A DNA stretch of 62,274 bases, the filler included, from Sphacelaria rigidula (lineage: Eukaryota), in assembly GCA_964200075.2 (NCBI GenBank). It is 7 parts of 7 records of this genome, joined end to end, with 100 filler letters (N's around TTAATTAATTAA, not from the genome) between each part and the next. Parts side by side here need not be neighbours in the genome. Positions count along the whole stretch, not along the records: positions 1 to 8,814 come from CAXNAA020010035.1; positions 8,915 to 17,725 come from CAXNAA020010036.1; 5 more parts are not named here. The stretch is one strand, 5' to 3'. The number at the start of each line of letters is the position of its first letter. The stretch's first letter is position 1. Under the pieces are notes generated by a model. That model ran no database searches. It was not told where the DNA came from and was given only the letters and a program-made list of their open reading frames with translations. This document shows, piece by piece, positions 1 through 13,439 of this stretch. Made by a program: the position numbers and the translations under genes.

Positions 1-1729
1 AAAATTATAGCAAAATAATGTTCTAAACGCTCCCATAAGAGTTGGCCTTAGGCGCTGAAATTTTGACACGATATTTTTATTATCAACCCGCGCAACCTCA
101 AAAGGAAGTTGGAGCGAGTTGGAGTTTCAGCAGAAACAAGAAAAATTCTGTAACTTCCTTAAAAATAGATGAAAACGACGACAACGCTCCAACACATACG
201 GGCACTCGCGTCAACGGCATCCTGGTAAAGTTTCGGCCGAAAATACCTCAAACTGGTCTCTGCGTCGCACTTTTCGTGCGACACGGCTGCGCCCGTTTTA
301 TTCAAGTGATACAGAAGACTCCAATTATGGAGGTCATGAATTCGAATCTCGACATATTCTCTTTTTTTTTTCGTCCGTCGTAAAGGTCATATATTATGCA
401 GTACATTTTTTTCATGTTTTTTCTTCACTCAGCGGCGGTGCCGTGTGTCACCAGGTTGGTCTGCACTTCACAGCGTTATGCTCAAGTCGCGCTGATTTGG
501 AAAACTTGAGAAGTTTCGGTGTGCAAAGCGCATGCGGGATTTACTGTTGGCCCAGCTCGTAAAAATATTAAAATACCGTTCTTCTGACGAATAAATAGAA
601 ACGGCGATATTGTAACACCAAATAATAATAGAATAATAACGACGATAATGATGTTGATGTCAGTAATGATGATAGTATTGATAATATATGACGACAAAAA
701 AATGCTGAAAAAAAACGTGGATAATAATCATGTCGACGGAAACGTGTACGGAAACGGCACAGACACGGCACAGAGTGAATCGCCACTGCTCTCATAGCAC
801 CCGGTACTGGAATATCGGGTGGGTACTCGGGAAAAAACGGGGAGGGAACTCGCCGGTTCCCGACGACGTGTCGGGTACTGGAAACGCCTCCAAAAAGCGA
901 ATACCGTACGGATACTCGCGGGTAATGGGTGGCCGGTGCCAGCCTCTAATGTAGGATGTCAAATTCTAGAAGACCTACAAGTGAAAATCCAACAGATAGC
1001 GGTCCAGTGCACCACTAGTCAGCACCCTACTTGTACCCTATTGGTAATCAATCGCATGCAATCATTGTGCGATAATGGCAGCGAATGGCGATCACCCACA
1101 TAAGTCGATCGCTTTGTCATTCAGGTCACAAAGCGACGATGGAAAGCAGAGGCTGAAAGTGTACGTACGGAAGCCTTGGAGAGTGATCGACTGAAAATAA
1201 ATCGTGCGCAAATTCTATTCTCTTTTAGAGGGAAAAGGTGCATCACTGAGGAGGGAGGAAGCACTTAATACCCGAAATGCATCGCTGCCATGTAATACAG
1301 TACACGACGAAGTTGACACTGTGTGCTACTAATCGGCAGTACAATGAGTACTGTCGTACTGACTGCATGATGCGCACCACGCCTGGGCAGTGCTGAAATA
1401 CCCGCGATCCATCCGTGAAAATGGAAAATTACAACTTGCACTCTGTCCTGTTCTGGAACCAAGTGAAACAATCAAAGAAAACTCCGCAAAATATGATTAC
1501 TACTATGGGTATGTGTCTTGTCATTCCACCTACAGTGTTGTTCCTTTCCAACATTATGGAGGCACTTTGCAGCGATTATAAATCATCCGCGGCGCTCATT
1601 GGAAACGGTCATGCTCCAAGGCCTAAAATATCCTGAGACTAGAGAGGCAAACATCCTTGGAAGAGACGGGTCCACATCAGCACGGCAAGGTGGCGCTACA
1701 GACCTCTGTCGAAGTATAACGTTCCATTT

Positions 1730-1976
1730 TACCTTACACGTCACAATAAACGTTTAAAAAAACATTACTGTGGCGTGACGTGATGTATAACGTTTTAAGA
1801 CGTCACAAGTATGACGTGATGTGACGTGACGTGACGTACCGGTCAAAAAATTGTGGTGTGACGTATGATTTTTAAGACGTCACAAAGTGTGACGTGACGT
1901 GACGTGACGTGACGTGTAATCTTTAAGACGTAACGTGTAACGTGTAACGTGTAACGTGTAACGTAAAAATCCCTGG
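1730..1976. repeat. GTGAC/GTAACGT short tandem array within a MITE-like end (related array 41916-42150)
   Basis: (GTGAC)n and (GTAACGT)n runs, ending in CCCTG or starting with CAGGG. Confidence 0.65.
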
Positions 1977-4582
1977 TTATTTTCCCTTGGCCGACGTGAA
2001 CAACAACAGTGGCAAGGCCTGCCCCCGCATCCGCGTGGATTTCATATCCTTTCCCTCTAGGATTGTCATTCGACAGTGGTATCATTTTCGGAATCACCGC
2101 AGCATTATCCATAATCATCCTTCCAGGCCATTTCTTCCGGTTGGTTACTTCCCCTCGTTATTTGCAAATGACGAAGAAAAAAAACAAGATGGCTACTTAC
2201 GGTTGGTTATTCCACAAGATTCTCGCGAAAAAAATACGAGACGCGAGACATTTTACAAGATGGGCGCTCCTCGCTTGTTGTTTTTGGAAAAATACGAGAC
2301 GAGATCGACTTGTATTTTCCTCTCGTTATTTTCATTTGCGGCGCGGCGACATTAGTAACGCCCGCCAGCCCTGAATATGTTTGTGCCCTTCGNNNNNNNN
2401 NTTGCTTCGCTATCCCGGCGCACGCGAGATGTCGTAAGGGGCTGATGATCTATTGGCATCGACCGTTCTCTCGAAAAACTGCAGCAAAGACAGTACCCAG
2501 CGCAGAGATTACAGGATACTGTTGTCTGTGCTGTCTCATGCAGTGAGTTGTAGGTGTCAGCTTGCACACAATAGTAGTACGCACGGCTGTAGTAAAAATG
2601 ATGCGTACAGCGTGAGATATGTGGACAACGTGCAATACAGACAATAGCAGGCAGTGCTGTACTGTCTGTACTGCCGATTGAACAGTAGGATTCGCATGCC
2701 ATGCTGCACCCGACGGCTGCCGAAAATGATTTGGGCGACGTGCAGTGCAGACAGTACATGGGTTGTACTGCCGCATCCAACGGTACAGTAGGATGGAAAT
2801 GTTGGTTTGCCAGTAGTACAACGGCTGTACTAATGATGATGTAGGCAACGTGCAGTACAGACAGAACTAAGCAGTATCATACTGCATGCTCTGCCTGCCG
2901 CATACGGCGGTATACATGCACACATGTCAGGTTGGAGACGGTAATATACAACAGCTGCACTAGATATGATGTGGAGGAGTGCAGTACAGACAGTACTAGA
3001 CAGTACGGTACTTTTGTCTGTACTACCGCGTACGTGATTGGCAGTATAGATTGAAGATGGCAGGTTGTACACAGTGCGAGCTGGGCCAGCAGCGATCGGG
3101 GGAGGTCTACGTTTCAGGTCTTTTTACATAAACACAGGGAGCTTGGCATGGCAAAGTCTGCAGGTCTTCGTACCTCGCCTTGGCCTGCATATCCCTTCGG
3201 TTTCCGCTGACCGTTCTTTTGGTATCCCCCCACCCTTTTGGTACCCACCCCCCTCAAAAATATATCTGCAACCGTAAGCTAGAGTCAGCATATCTCATAG
3301 TATTTTCGTAGCGGTATTTTTTCCTAATAATATGTTGCGAAATACCAGGGGAAATAACCAACTTGAAGAAACGGCCCAAGGCCGGAAAACCTTGTTTGTT
3401 GGACCATTTACAGTCAGTAACACCCTCCTGATAAACGGAGTCTTTACCCTGTATCGCCCCCACGACACCAATTTGGGCATTGTCATTTGAGCACGGTCTG
3501 CTTATTTTGCCATAACTATCGAACGCTGGCACCTTCGAGTGCTCATGGAAAGTGATATACGTATAAAATCCGAAAAGAGGCCATCCGCAGAAAATGCTAG
3601 ACTAAGGTCTGCGCAGTATAGGATGGAAACACGATCTCGATCATTATTGTGAAGTATTGTATACGTATTCATTAATCTGAATATTTACCGTTTCATTGCG
3701 GAAGAGCCGGAAAAGAGTTTTCCTGGACCAAAAACGGTCAATAACACCCTCCTGATAAACGGGGTATCTAATCCGTATCGCTGCAAAAACACCAACTTGG
3801 GCACTGAAGTTCGAGCGCGGCCTACGCTTCCCCCCTAAATCTACCGGCGCTAGCCTTTTCAAGTAGTATTGAAGATTAGTACCCGAGGAAAAACTCAAAA
3901 ACTACAACAACTACGGATTCTGAAAACTTCTGGTGCTGACTACTATATTGTGTCCGATGTTCCTCGATTGGGACCAGTTCTATACTCGTCACGTGATATT
4001 TTCACTGTATCCGTCCAGTTCAATGATGGTCGAGTGACATTTGAGACCAAGAGATGGTAACCGGTCACCAGTGTTACGCCGGCCGTTATTTCCGTTCCTT
4101 CATACACGTTCGAATTTCCGCACAATCGTAGATGATGACACATATTGCCAGTTTTCGGGGCGTACGCTGCACACCTTACACCTCATTATCCAGGGCAAAT
4201 TACACCATGCTGCAACGATCACCAACTGTACAGTGTAGTGCCAGCTTGTACGCGCGAAGAAGGCTGGAAGACATGAATTCTCAACAAGTGCACGAATGAC
4301 GTGATACTGTATCTGCCTAAATGCAACATACACGTGAAAATATACACCGCAAGAGGAGAGTGAGGCTCAGCGGGCTTGCAGTCGTCGGGATGAGCAACGT
4401 ACGACGAAACCGCCGTTACTGGTACTTCGAAGTATGATATTGCCGTCAGCGATCGGTTTGGTCACATCTTCCATGCTCAAACACCGGGTACAGAGTTGAT
4501 ATCCCCTCTCACACAGCACCTCACGAAACAACTCTACTTGTCATGTTTAGACAAGACACGTATTATCAGTTCCCAAGAGCAT

Positions 4583-4830
4583 AGGCGGCCGCCTCGGTGG
4601 CTCAGCTGGTGACAACAACCCCTTCTGATATTTGGAACGGTGGGTTCGAATCTCGGCAGAGTCAACGATCTGGGATTATCTCTCACATCATGCCCAACAG
4701 CGGAGAGCGACTTCGTGGTGGGTACACAAGTTCGACCCGACGGTCGACGAGGGAACGAGACCATACACTTCATAGTACACAATAAACGCTGCAATAGCAC
4801 CAGGGGCTGCTGCAAGGGACGCCAATATTG
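4583..4830 (+). mobile_element. tRNA-derived SINE
   Basis: Pol III box A TGGCTCAGCTGG (4598-4609) and box B GGTTCGAATC (4643-4652); cloverleaf stems broken; followed by a non-tRNA body. Confidence 0.75.
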
Positions 4831-5430
4831 TCGACAGTAATAGAAATCGATCGACGGGTTTCTCTGTCCGTTATCATGGGTGATGGACTTCGAAGGACTC
4901 CTTTCCCACCCTATCGCCCGGACAGTAGTCGTCTGTGGCCCTACAGCGAAAGCTATCGAAGCCGACCAAATATGTGGATGGATAGCTTCCCAGAACTATT
5001 CATGGCAGCAATGGCTATCGATAGATCATGTATCAGGTCTACTGACTACGACAAGAGCTTTCGATTGTATGTACCAGACCTATTGATGGCGGCGATGCTT
5101 ATCGGTCGATACATACCAGGATCTACCGTGGTACACACTGCCTATCGATAGATATCCCCTGTCATCTATTGCAACACCAGAAATGCAATATACTGTGTAT
5201 AAAGTATATACTCCATGAACGTGCGCTTGAGAGACCGTAGTTGACGATGCGGTGGATATATGGTGGTACTGTGGACACTTGTAAAATAGTGTCCATCACA
5301 ATTCGACACATGCGGAACGGTTGTATGTTGTAGGAGTCCGCAACATGTGTGAACAGATGTTTATGGGTTTTCTTATTGGTGTGGTGTTGGTAGTCATGGT
5401 TGTCATTATGACGGACAAGACCAAGACCTA

Positions 5431-6060
5431 ACACAACTCAGCGGTGCATTCTCCGATCTGGTGGGTTTTAGAACATGACTTAGCGGTGCACATTCTGGCC
5501 GGGTCAGTTATCACCATAACCCAGCGGTGTATATTCTGATCGGGTGAGATATACGACACACCTCAGCGGTGCAATCTCCGATCTGGTAGGTTTTAGAACA
5601 TGACTTAGCGGTGCGCATTCTGGCCGGGTCAGTTATCAACATAACCCACCGGTGCACATTCTGGTCGAGTGAGATATACAACACAACTCAGCTGTGCATT
5701 CTCCGATCTGGTAGGTTTTAGAAAATGACTTAGCGGTGCGCATTCTGGCCGGGTCAGTTATCAACATAACCCACCGGTGTATATTTTGATCGGGCGAGTT
5801 ATAGCAACATGACTCGGGGGTGCATATGCTGGCTGGGTCAGTCACAGAATATAGGTCAGCGATGCATATTCTCGGGGGGTGGGTTGGGGAACATCATTCA
5901 ACGTTGCATATCATGGCCAGGTAAATTCTACAACGTAACTCAGTGGCCTCATATTCTGCCCGGGTGATTCATAAAACTAACCCAGCGGTGCAAATTCTGG
6001 TCAGGTCAGCTAGAGAGCACACCTCATCTGTGCATGATCTAGCCGGGTGAGCTGTACCTC
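5431..6060. repeat. 41-42-bp minisatellite, about 15 units, the first nine forming a 125-bp higher-order trimer
   Basis: Core (G/C)CGGTGCA at 5441, 5483, 5524, 5566, 5608, 5649, 5691, 5733, 5774, 5816, 5859, 5901, 5943, 5985, 6027. Confidence 0.92.
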
Positions 6061-6241
6061 ACTACATAAGTTACACAACATACAGTAACTCAGTGATTGC
6101 ATTGGTTGTGCGACTCCTACCCAAGTGCAGGATGTGCAAACTCATACCTGAAAAAGGATTGCATTCATTTGGGAAACAACGGACCAGCCTAACAACAAGA
6201 TTTCTTCTCTCGGTTCGTGTTGTATGACGCGGCAACCATGA

Positions 6242-7284
6242 CCCCTTTTGGGACCGGGCCTCCAGAACGACCAAGTAGGCTGGTCAGCAATGACGTGTCT
6301 GGCGTCTGCACAAAGCAGTGGCATGTCGCTAAAACTCCGCGTATGTAACCGCAGGGTTATGACGAAGACCGAAAGTTTCATGCGAACTATTTTCAGGTGC
6401 AGGGTGCGCATTAGGTGGTGTACATCTGATGTACCAAGCAGTATGAGTCGTGGTAAAGAGCTAGCTTCCACTAGGATGCGGCGACCGGCGGGCCGCCCGC
6501 CACTTGTGGCTTTGGGTGATACTATTGTCCCCATCACCTTGCCACACAGCCCTTTGTGGTCGGGTGGCCCGCCATGTCCCCCCTTGTTGCATGCGGCAAA
6601 TTCTCTTCGAAGGGAATCAGCGTTGCGGCGCTCATGCATACAACAGTATAGTATACAGTACAGTGTAGTACCCCTCTCCGACTGAAGCAGCAGCGGCCGT
6701 TGCATACACACTTGCACGTTCTGGGCAGTTTTCGGCTACCGTGATCAACTGTCTATATACAGCTTCTTGATCCTCATCCACTACGTAGTTGTTCACTGCA
6801 CCCTGCAAGTCATCGCCAGAAGGATAAGCAGAACTCATGACAGTAGATCGTTTTGTCCTTCCACAGCCCACATGGTTTTAGGGCGTGGTGAAAATGACCA
6901 AATTGTAGCATGTACACTCCTTCCCGGCTTTTCCGGTCGACCCTGTGTTAGTGTAAATTACTACGTTTTAGTGGGGAATTGAGACCCAAAACACCCACCG
7001 GAAAACTCGGGAACGGTATACTGAGTGCAAGTCATATAATATAACCAAGCTCCGACCGCCCTGCGCTTGGATACCTGCGAAAGCTTATCTGCGCCAGGGA
7101 TAGGGTCCCCATACGATCTTTACAGTGACATCATACTCGCCAACAACCCCAGCACTGGTCGTTCGGGTCTGGTCGATAAATTTCGCCTCGCCGTGATTGG
7201 GCAGGTCGCTCGAAGACTTGTTTTTTATTATTTCATCAACACAGGGTTTGACCCTGTGTTAGTGGGGGGTCGGTCCTGAAAGGG
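6242..7284. mobile_element. Non-autonomous piggyBac-like element, about 1.04 kb (second copy 43567-44457 truncated by contig end; isolated end 41807-41915)
   Basis: Termini CCCTTTTGGGACCG / CGGTCCTGAAAGGG; intact TTAA flanks at 43563 and 41803; copies collinear over about 900 bp. Confidence 0.85.
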
Positions 7285-7964
7285 TTGAAACATACAACAG
7301 AAGACGCTGAAGGCTACAGAACGCAGTCTTGACACTGGTAATATTGCTGCTGTTGAAGTACGACATACAGCGTGACGATGGACAACACCCTCTTCTCCTT
7401 TCGGAAATCAAATATCTAGTGTCGGTGTTGTTGGGGAGCAGGGCCCAACATTTATTCACCACGTCAAGTATTCAAGAAGATCGAAGAAATGTCTTCGACA
7501 GCCTATCCTCTCATGACGTACACGTCGCGATTCGAGGCAGCAATAAGTCAACAATTGATCCAGTGAGGGTATTGTCCCCGAAACGTGCTGGATTACCCCG
7601 CCGAAGAGAAGCGGCGAAGCTTAGATAGATCTCACCTTCGTAGGAAGTCCAGCAGAGAAAAAACCCACAACTTCACGCCCTTGCAGTAGGATTTACACTC
7701 TGATGACGCTTTCCTGCTTGTCTCACAGCCTTCAACCAGCAATCTACGGCCGGTATTCCCGTCTCCTCGACCAGAATAGCAGAACCTACCCGCAAGATTA
7801 GAACTAGTTCTACAGCAGTATTGAGCAGACCCGCCGGTCCCACCACCAAACACATTGACGGCTTCCCGATGCGCTCCCCATTCTCAGTCGTATCCAAGAC
7901 TGTCAATCTTGGCGGAAAGAGATTCAGCCAGAACTTTTTAGAGACGGGTCCACTGTTAAAAGAC

Positions 7965-8073
7965 CCGCTTTTATGGCAAACAAATCTCGAATTTTTGGGA
8001 CCCCGATTTTGAAAATATCGGGGGGACTCAAATTCGTGAACTCAAAATCGGGGGGACCGTTTCATGGCACAGA
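7965..8073. repeat. Dispersed repeat (copy 32266-32374)
   Basis: Shared [80 protein letters not shown]. Confidence 0.75.
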
Positions 8074-8640
8074 CGGACGAAGAGGGCGAAGTCAAGCAAG
8101 AAATAAACAATCGGAGCAGAGCAGCATGGGCGTGCATCAGGAAAGTTTCCCGGGAGCTCTTTGACCAACCGAAAGCACCGTGGAGACTCAAGGTCCGACT
8201 GCTGAAAGCGGAGGCGATGGAGGACCTACTATACGGATGCATTACGTGGGCCCCACGCCGCGAGCAGTATGACTTGCTTCGAAAGGTGCACTACCGGCTC
8301 CTCCTGCGAGTCATCGGGTACCGCCGAGTGTGCGGCACATACCGACAGCTGTCGTATGCACAGGCCCTCGAGAAGACCGGATGCCAAAGTACCGAAGCCA
8401 TCGTCCGGCAACGACGACTGCTGTTCGCGGGAGCCCTGGCTAGACAATCGGACGGACGATCACGAAGCGAATCGTAGCATTCGGAACACTAGTCGGGGGG
8501 GAGGATCCAGGACCAGGGTGCCCGGAACAATACTGGCTGAAGTGCCTGAGAGACTATCACCACGCTTTCGGAGCCACAGACGGCTCTACGGACCCAACCG
8601 CCAGACATTCGAAATTGACCGCGCCCTATGAACCTCAGCA
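8074..8640 (+). mobile_element. RTE-clade LINE, 3' ORF fragment
   Basis: EINNRSRAAWACIRK..KVRLLKAEAMEDLLYGCITW..HYRLLLRVIG..VRQRRLLFAGALARQSDGR is the post-RT region of RTE elements (LLYG.ETW; RRL.W.GH..R); frameshifted afterwards. Confidence 0.88.
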
Positions 8641-8814
8641 GCAGAGTGATGCTACGGTAGGGGTGCAGAAATATTTTCCGAGGTTAGAATTGTTAGGAGC
8701 CCTATATCTCATGCAAAACACGACCTATAAAAATATGTGAAAGTACGCCAGGATTACTTTTCCAATGTGCTAGAGATATCCCAAATAAATTTGCAAGCGG
8801 GGATGCCCTGATCC

Positions 8815-8914
8815 NNNNNNNNNNNNNNNNNNNNNNNNNNNNNNNNNNNNNNNNNNNNTTAATTAATTAANNNNNNNNNNNNNNNNNNNNNNNNNNNNNN
8901 NNNNNNNNNNNNNN
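8815..8914. other. Artificial contig-joining linker N44-TTAATTAATTAA-N44 (also at 17726-17825, 26637-26736, 35548-35647, 44458-44557, 53367-53466)
   Basis: The same 100-nt spacer, with a six-frame stop cassette, recurs about every 8.91 kb; the contig lengths between spacers never increase. Confidence 0.98.
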
Positions 8915-8918
8915 ATCT

Positions 8919-9064
8919 AAAGGGATGCGTGGTCAATGGTCAAATGACTAAGGCAAGCAACGAATGAGTACGCCCCCCCCCCCCCCAAATCCGGTCTGTC
9001 TCGAAAGGGATGCGTGGTCAATGGTGAACGACTAAGGCAAGCAGCGAATGAGTACGCCCCCTCC
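8919..9064 (+). mobile_element. Two tandem short 3' ends of LINE family A (others at about 11512-11600 and 18817-18889)
   Basis: Repeated AAGGGATGCGTGGTCAATGGTCAAATGACTAAGGCAAGCAACGAATGAGTACG(C)n, close to the end of the 25101-25599 element. Confidence 0.8.
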
Positions 9065-9863
9065 AAAAAAACGGCTCAAAACTGTCACGAAAAAGGCCAT
9101 ACAGCGCCTGATGTTTGGTGTCAGGCTGGATGAAGCGCCTCATATGGGCGAGGTTGGCGAAAACGAATCCAAGCGTGCGACTTCCCAGCTGCTCGTTGTG
9201 CTCGGCTCTTTTCATTTCGATTTTCGTCAAGATTTTGCCTCCCCAAACCGGCCATGTTTTTTGGGGGGGCGTATCCATGATCATCCATGCCATAGTCATG
9301 AGACCATTGACCTCGCATCGCTATGTACATATATATATATATATTTGGCGGGGGCTACCGTAGAAAGTGTCTGTTCATGTAGGCAGATCGAAAATATCCA
9401 ACGGCCGAGCTGACAGGCGAGTAGTCCTTGCTCTGAAACGAGTGATGCTACGGTAGGGGTCTTTAGCGAAAAGGTTTCTCGGGGCTGCTCGGGGGGGAGG
9501 GGGGGGGTGTCGGACGGGTCATTCTGTGAATCGGTATCATTTTTCCTTGAAAAATACTGTAAATGATGCCAATTGACGAAAAGGCCCCTGCGTGCAATTA
9601 CCGTGTCTCTGAGTGTCCGGTTCCCGGAGATTTGGGTTGCACAGTAAGCCCCATATATTTGGGCTCCTACAAAAAAGAGATCTAGAAACAAAACTTGCAA
9701 CCCGAACCGTAGCATGACTCGAACAAGTAGATTCGAACGATTGAAGCTCGCATATTAACCGATCTCCTAGCAATCTAGTCGGGGTCCTCCCGAGATGGAC
9801 CTACAATACTGTACCCAATCCAAGGTGGAAATGCAAACAATCGCCACAGGAAGCTTATGTTGC

Positions 9864-10198
9864 AGTAGATCTGACGAAATGTACGTAAACAATGGTCGGT
9901 ACTCAATTTTGCTTTATTTTAGGCTGAAGAAAGTTCTGAGCAAATTCATGACTTCGGGCAGGTGAGCAGTGGTGAGCAGTAGACCCAGCTCGTCCAGAAC
10001 GTGTTTTGGTCCAAAATCGGCTCAAAGGCGTCGATTTGAGCTCTGGCAACGCATCCATAACCTACGAGACACTTCGCGCCCCCCCTGCCCGAGGGTTCTC
10101 GGTATGCCTTGGTCGGGGTTAGGGTTAGGATTAGCGTTAGGGTTGGCGGCATCCCCGTAGTACCAACCATTGTTTACGTACATTTCGTTAGATCCCGT
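9864..10198. mobile_element. TIR MITE with a 10-bp direct flank and internal TTAGGG repeats
   Basis: TIR of about 36 bp (GATCTGACGAAATGTACGTAAACAATGGT...); CTTATGTTGC at both 9854-9863 and 10199-10208. Confidence 0.8.
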
Positions 10199-13100
10199 CT
10201 TATGTTGCGTCATCAATGTGTTGATTTTCGTCAACCCGTGTAAACGTTAAGGATAGGAGGTCTCCACTTTAATCCATGCATACCCCCTCGCAGACAAGCA
10301 TGCAAATACCCCCGTGTACCCATAATCTCCTGCGATGGTTGGTTGACTGATCGGTTGATTGATTTAATTCTCGCGCATTAAACGTTCCGATACGAATCCT
10401 GTCGTGATCGCAAAGATCCACGCTCCCAGTCAGTGAAGATCCAAAATTGTCGTGGAATTAAACGGTCTACGGTATCATAATCCCGCACTGCTGCTTCAAG
10501 TACCCTTGCTCGTTTCGCTTTCCCAGCGCTTGGCTTATGCGGTCTTCCTCGCCCTTTGCTTGGTGTTTTTTGTCGTGCGCGTGTGGTACGTCATCTCAAT
10601 CGCGCTTCCTGAACAATGATCAAATGGTAACGTTCTAATCTGAACAATGATCAAATGGTGTTGCAACGTAATCCTGAACAATGGTCAAATGGTGATGGGA
10701 TGCGACAGGAGTTTCCAGGAGTTGATACGGCGACACGCCCAACCTGTCCTGGTGAGTGCGAACCCTCCTATACATATCCTCCACCCTGTTGGGCGATTCT
10801 TATCGAGAATCTTTTTTGGACAACCTCGAAGTCGAAATTTGTACTGGGGAACACGAGAGACGCTGCAGCAAGCATTTCATAGATGACATCCCGACGTATC
10901 CATCATGTCGTAGTATGTGTGTACAACAGACCGGTGAGCATTCTGCACAACTATTTTAGTTGCTGGTAAAACACTTATTTTCAATGTGCCGGGCAAATAT
11001 TCGGGGTGTCACAACTAAACTATCCTCAAACCGGCCTTGCTCCCCCTGTGCTAGGCGTGGCAGAGTGTACGATAGCCTGAGATGTTTCTCGCCCGTTACT
11101 TTGCCGAAAGTTTTTTTTCCTGGGCAGGGTTGTCCCTCCCACACGTGTCGATTTCGGTGTTGTAGTAGTCACCGATAGGTATACCGTACAGGGTGTGGGT
11201 TTTACGGAGATGAGAGTGGTGTTTAGAAATTGGACCGTGCGTTTTCGTGGAGCATGATACACTAGAGACGGTACGTGAGTTCAGTACGAGATCTTTTTTT
11301 ATGAAAAATCCGGTCGTGCATGAAAACCCAGTGCTTGTAGCTTGTAAAAGCAGGAAGTTTGTTGAGGCGGGACTATTCTGACTACGGTCCAAAACCGGGC
11401 ATCTCATCTCTCGTGTGAATCGCATAGTCTCAACCAGTATCTTGCATGGAATTCTCTAACAATACATTTTCCCCCTCAATCCGACCCTTCCCCCTGCCTC
11501 CACTTGCTCCCATCTCCAAAGGGATGCATGATCAATGGTCAAACGAGTAGGCCAAGCAGAAAATGAGTACGCCTCCCTGCCCCCTCCCCCGCCCCCCGCA
11601 CCTACCGCGTACCCGGGTACCCCCACTTTGAAACTCGGGCTCGATTCGCTGCATGGTACGGTGTGGTGGCAGTGCAAGCATCTTCTAGCGGTTCGGCTGG
11701 CGCCTGCGTTGGGTGTTGCAAGACAAGAAGATGTCGATGACGACAAACTCGTGCAGAGAATGTCCAACTGCGACTATGGATCATGACACGCTATCCAGGG
11801 CCATGGCTTGACGGTGCAGGATTCCATCTACTCTGCCGTGACCCATAGATAGTTTAGCCCCAGATTCAAAGCACGTAGTATACCACCCCCCGCGCGTGGG
11901 AGGACTCTGATGGCACCATAGCTTGCCCTCGTACCCACGGTACACTGGAGCGGGATGCGTAGTATATCACTACCCTCTCCCTCTACACACCTGCTCCGGG
12001 ATATGGGTGTTCGGATATTAAAAGGGCATCACTTAGGGGGTGTACACACCGTCACCAACGGCAGAAGACGACCGTGTGGGCATCCGAACGTTGACGAGCG
12101 AGTCAGAGTGGAGAATTTGTGCACACTGTTGTACGCGATCTCTAGAGGCATGAACCGTGAGGGAATTACTACTGTAATCTGTCACCTCAACCCCAGCCTT
12201 TGTGAGTCATGAACCTCTCGACTTGATGAGTATCAATTCACCTCCGAAGGCAGATAGATTGAGAAGGTCCGTTTTGAATGTGCGAAGAAATTCAATGGGG
12301 GGAGAAACGTTTCGACAGGGTGTGCAGTGTTCAACTTCCATCGCGCATGGCAGCACGGAAGATGTTTGGTTGGCATGTTTCGAAAAGTAAGGTGGATCAT
12401 AAGGCGAGTGGGGCTGCCTACATACGTCGCGACCCGCTTGACTTCTTGGCAGTTAGGAACAAAGAGTATTGTGCGGTATGAGTCAGAGACAGAAATCTGT
12501 AATCTGCAAATCTTCCGTTGGATATGCTGAACCGCCGGTCATCTTTCGAATAGCCATGGGCCATATGCACGTAAGACAGTGCAGCAACTTCAGTGCGGCA
12601 GGCGTCTGTTTGGCTATATATCCCGTAGAACAGAGCGCGCGATGCAGCGTCATTGCATCTCGGAGTCTTTCAGGATGATCTTGTTTTTCCTTCGCAATAA
12701 CCCTTTCTTTCAGAGCCGCGGTCTACAGTTTTCAGAAGGGGTCGGTTGCTTAGATGGCCATACTCAAAATAGGTCTTTGAGCGTAGCAGATACAGGATGA
12801 ACTAGTATATGTTTTTTAGCTACAGAGATGGTGATTGCAACGCATGTGCGTGATTGAGCGTGAGTTCGGTTGTCGGGATAGCCATCTGGACTGGAGCTAT
12901 CCGGTACTCCCGAGTGGCTAGATGGTTCCATGTACAGGGATGTTGATCGCACGGTATGTGCGTCATTTTGGGAGACTAGGGTTGAGTTGCATGATCTATC
13001 TATCTGATGCAGAGTGGATAGACGAGCGATGTACGTTTGTATCCTTCACGCCATACATAACATGTGCACTGCGAACGTATCCGGTACATGCAGTGCGCTA

Positions 13101-13439
13101 TACTGTATGTTTGGATTTATATGTTGGTAGCCTTAGTTTCTTTCTCGGTCTGCCAGGCATCTGTCTGACCGAGCATTTGTGTGCACTTACAGCTGCAGCT
13201 CGATACCCCCATGAATGTAGCTTGTAAAGGATATACTGTAGATACATGTATGCTACATCGCCACTGTGAGTGTGCTGACAACTTCGTGCTTGTAAGATTT
13301 GTGTTTTTTTGTGTCAGAGAACTCTTTATTAATTCCCTCACGTTGTTACCCTTCTCTGTGCTGACAGGTTGGGAAGATATGTCTGCGATTGCAGGGGGTG
13401 GCGGATGTTCGCCGCTCATATAATCAGAACTTCTAATTT

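Noticed and set aside
4591..4663. Functional tRNA gene
   Set aside because: Boxes A and B are present, but the acceptor, anticodon and T stems are mispaired and there is no oligo-T terminator; better explained as a SINE head.
5431..6060. CRISPR array
   Set aside because: Units are contiguous homologous monomers without unique spacers; no cas genes; eukaryotic context.
7555..7600. Hammerhead-like CAGTGAG...CGAAACG inside an ATCCAG/CTGGAT stem
   Set aside because: Lacks the CUGANGA core and a cleavage triplet; at best a dead relic.
9263..9326. U1 snRNA or HDV-ribozyme similarity of the family B motif
   Set aside because: Only short word matches (CCATGATCA, CCATTG); no ACTTACCTG 5' end, Sm site or HDV pseudoknot pairing.
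10115..10145. True telomere or chromosome end
   Set aside because: Short degenerate array internal to a TIR element, far from contig ends.
10700..13400. Host gene in the coding-like stretch of contig 2
   Set aside because: Only short ORFs with frequent stops and no recognisable motif or consistent splice pattern; probably old TE sequence.
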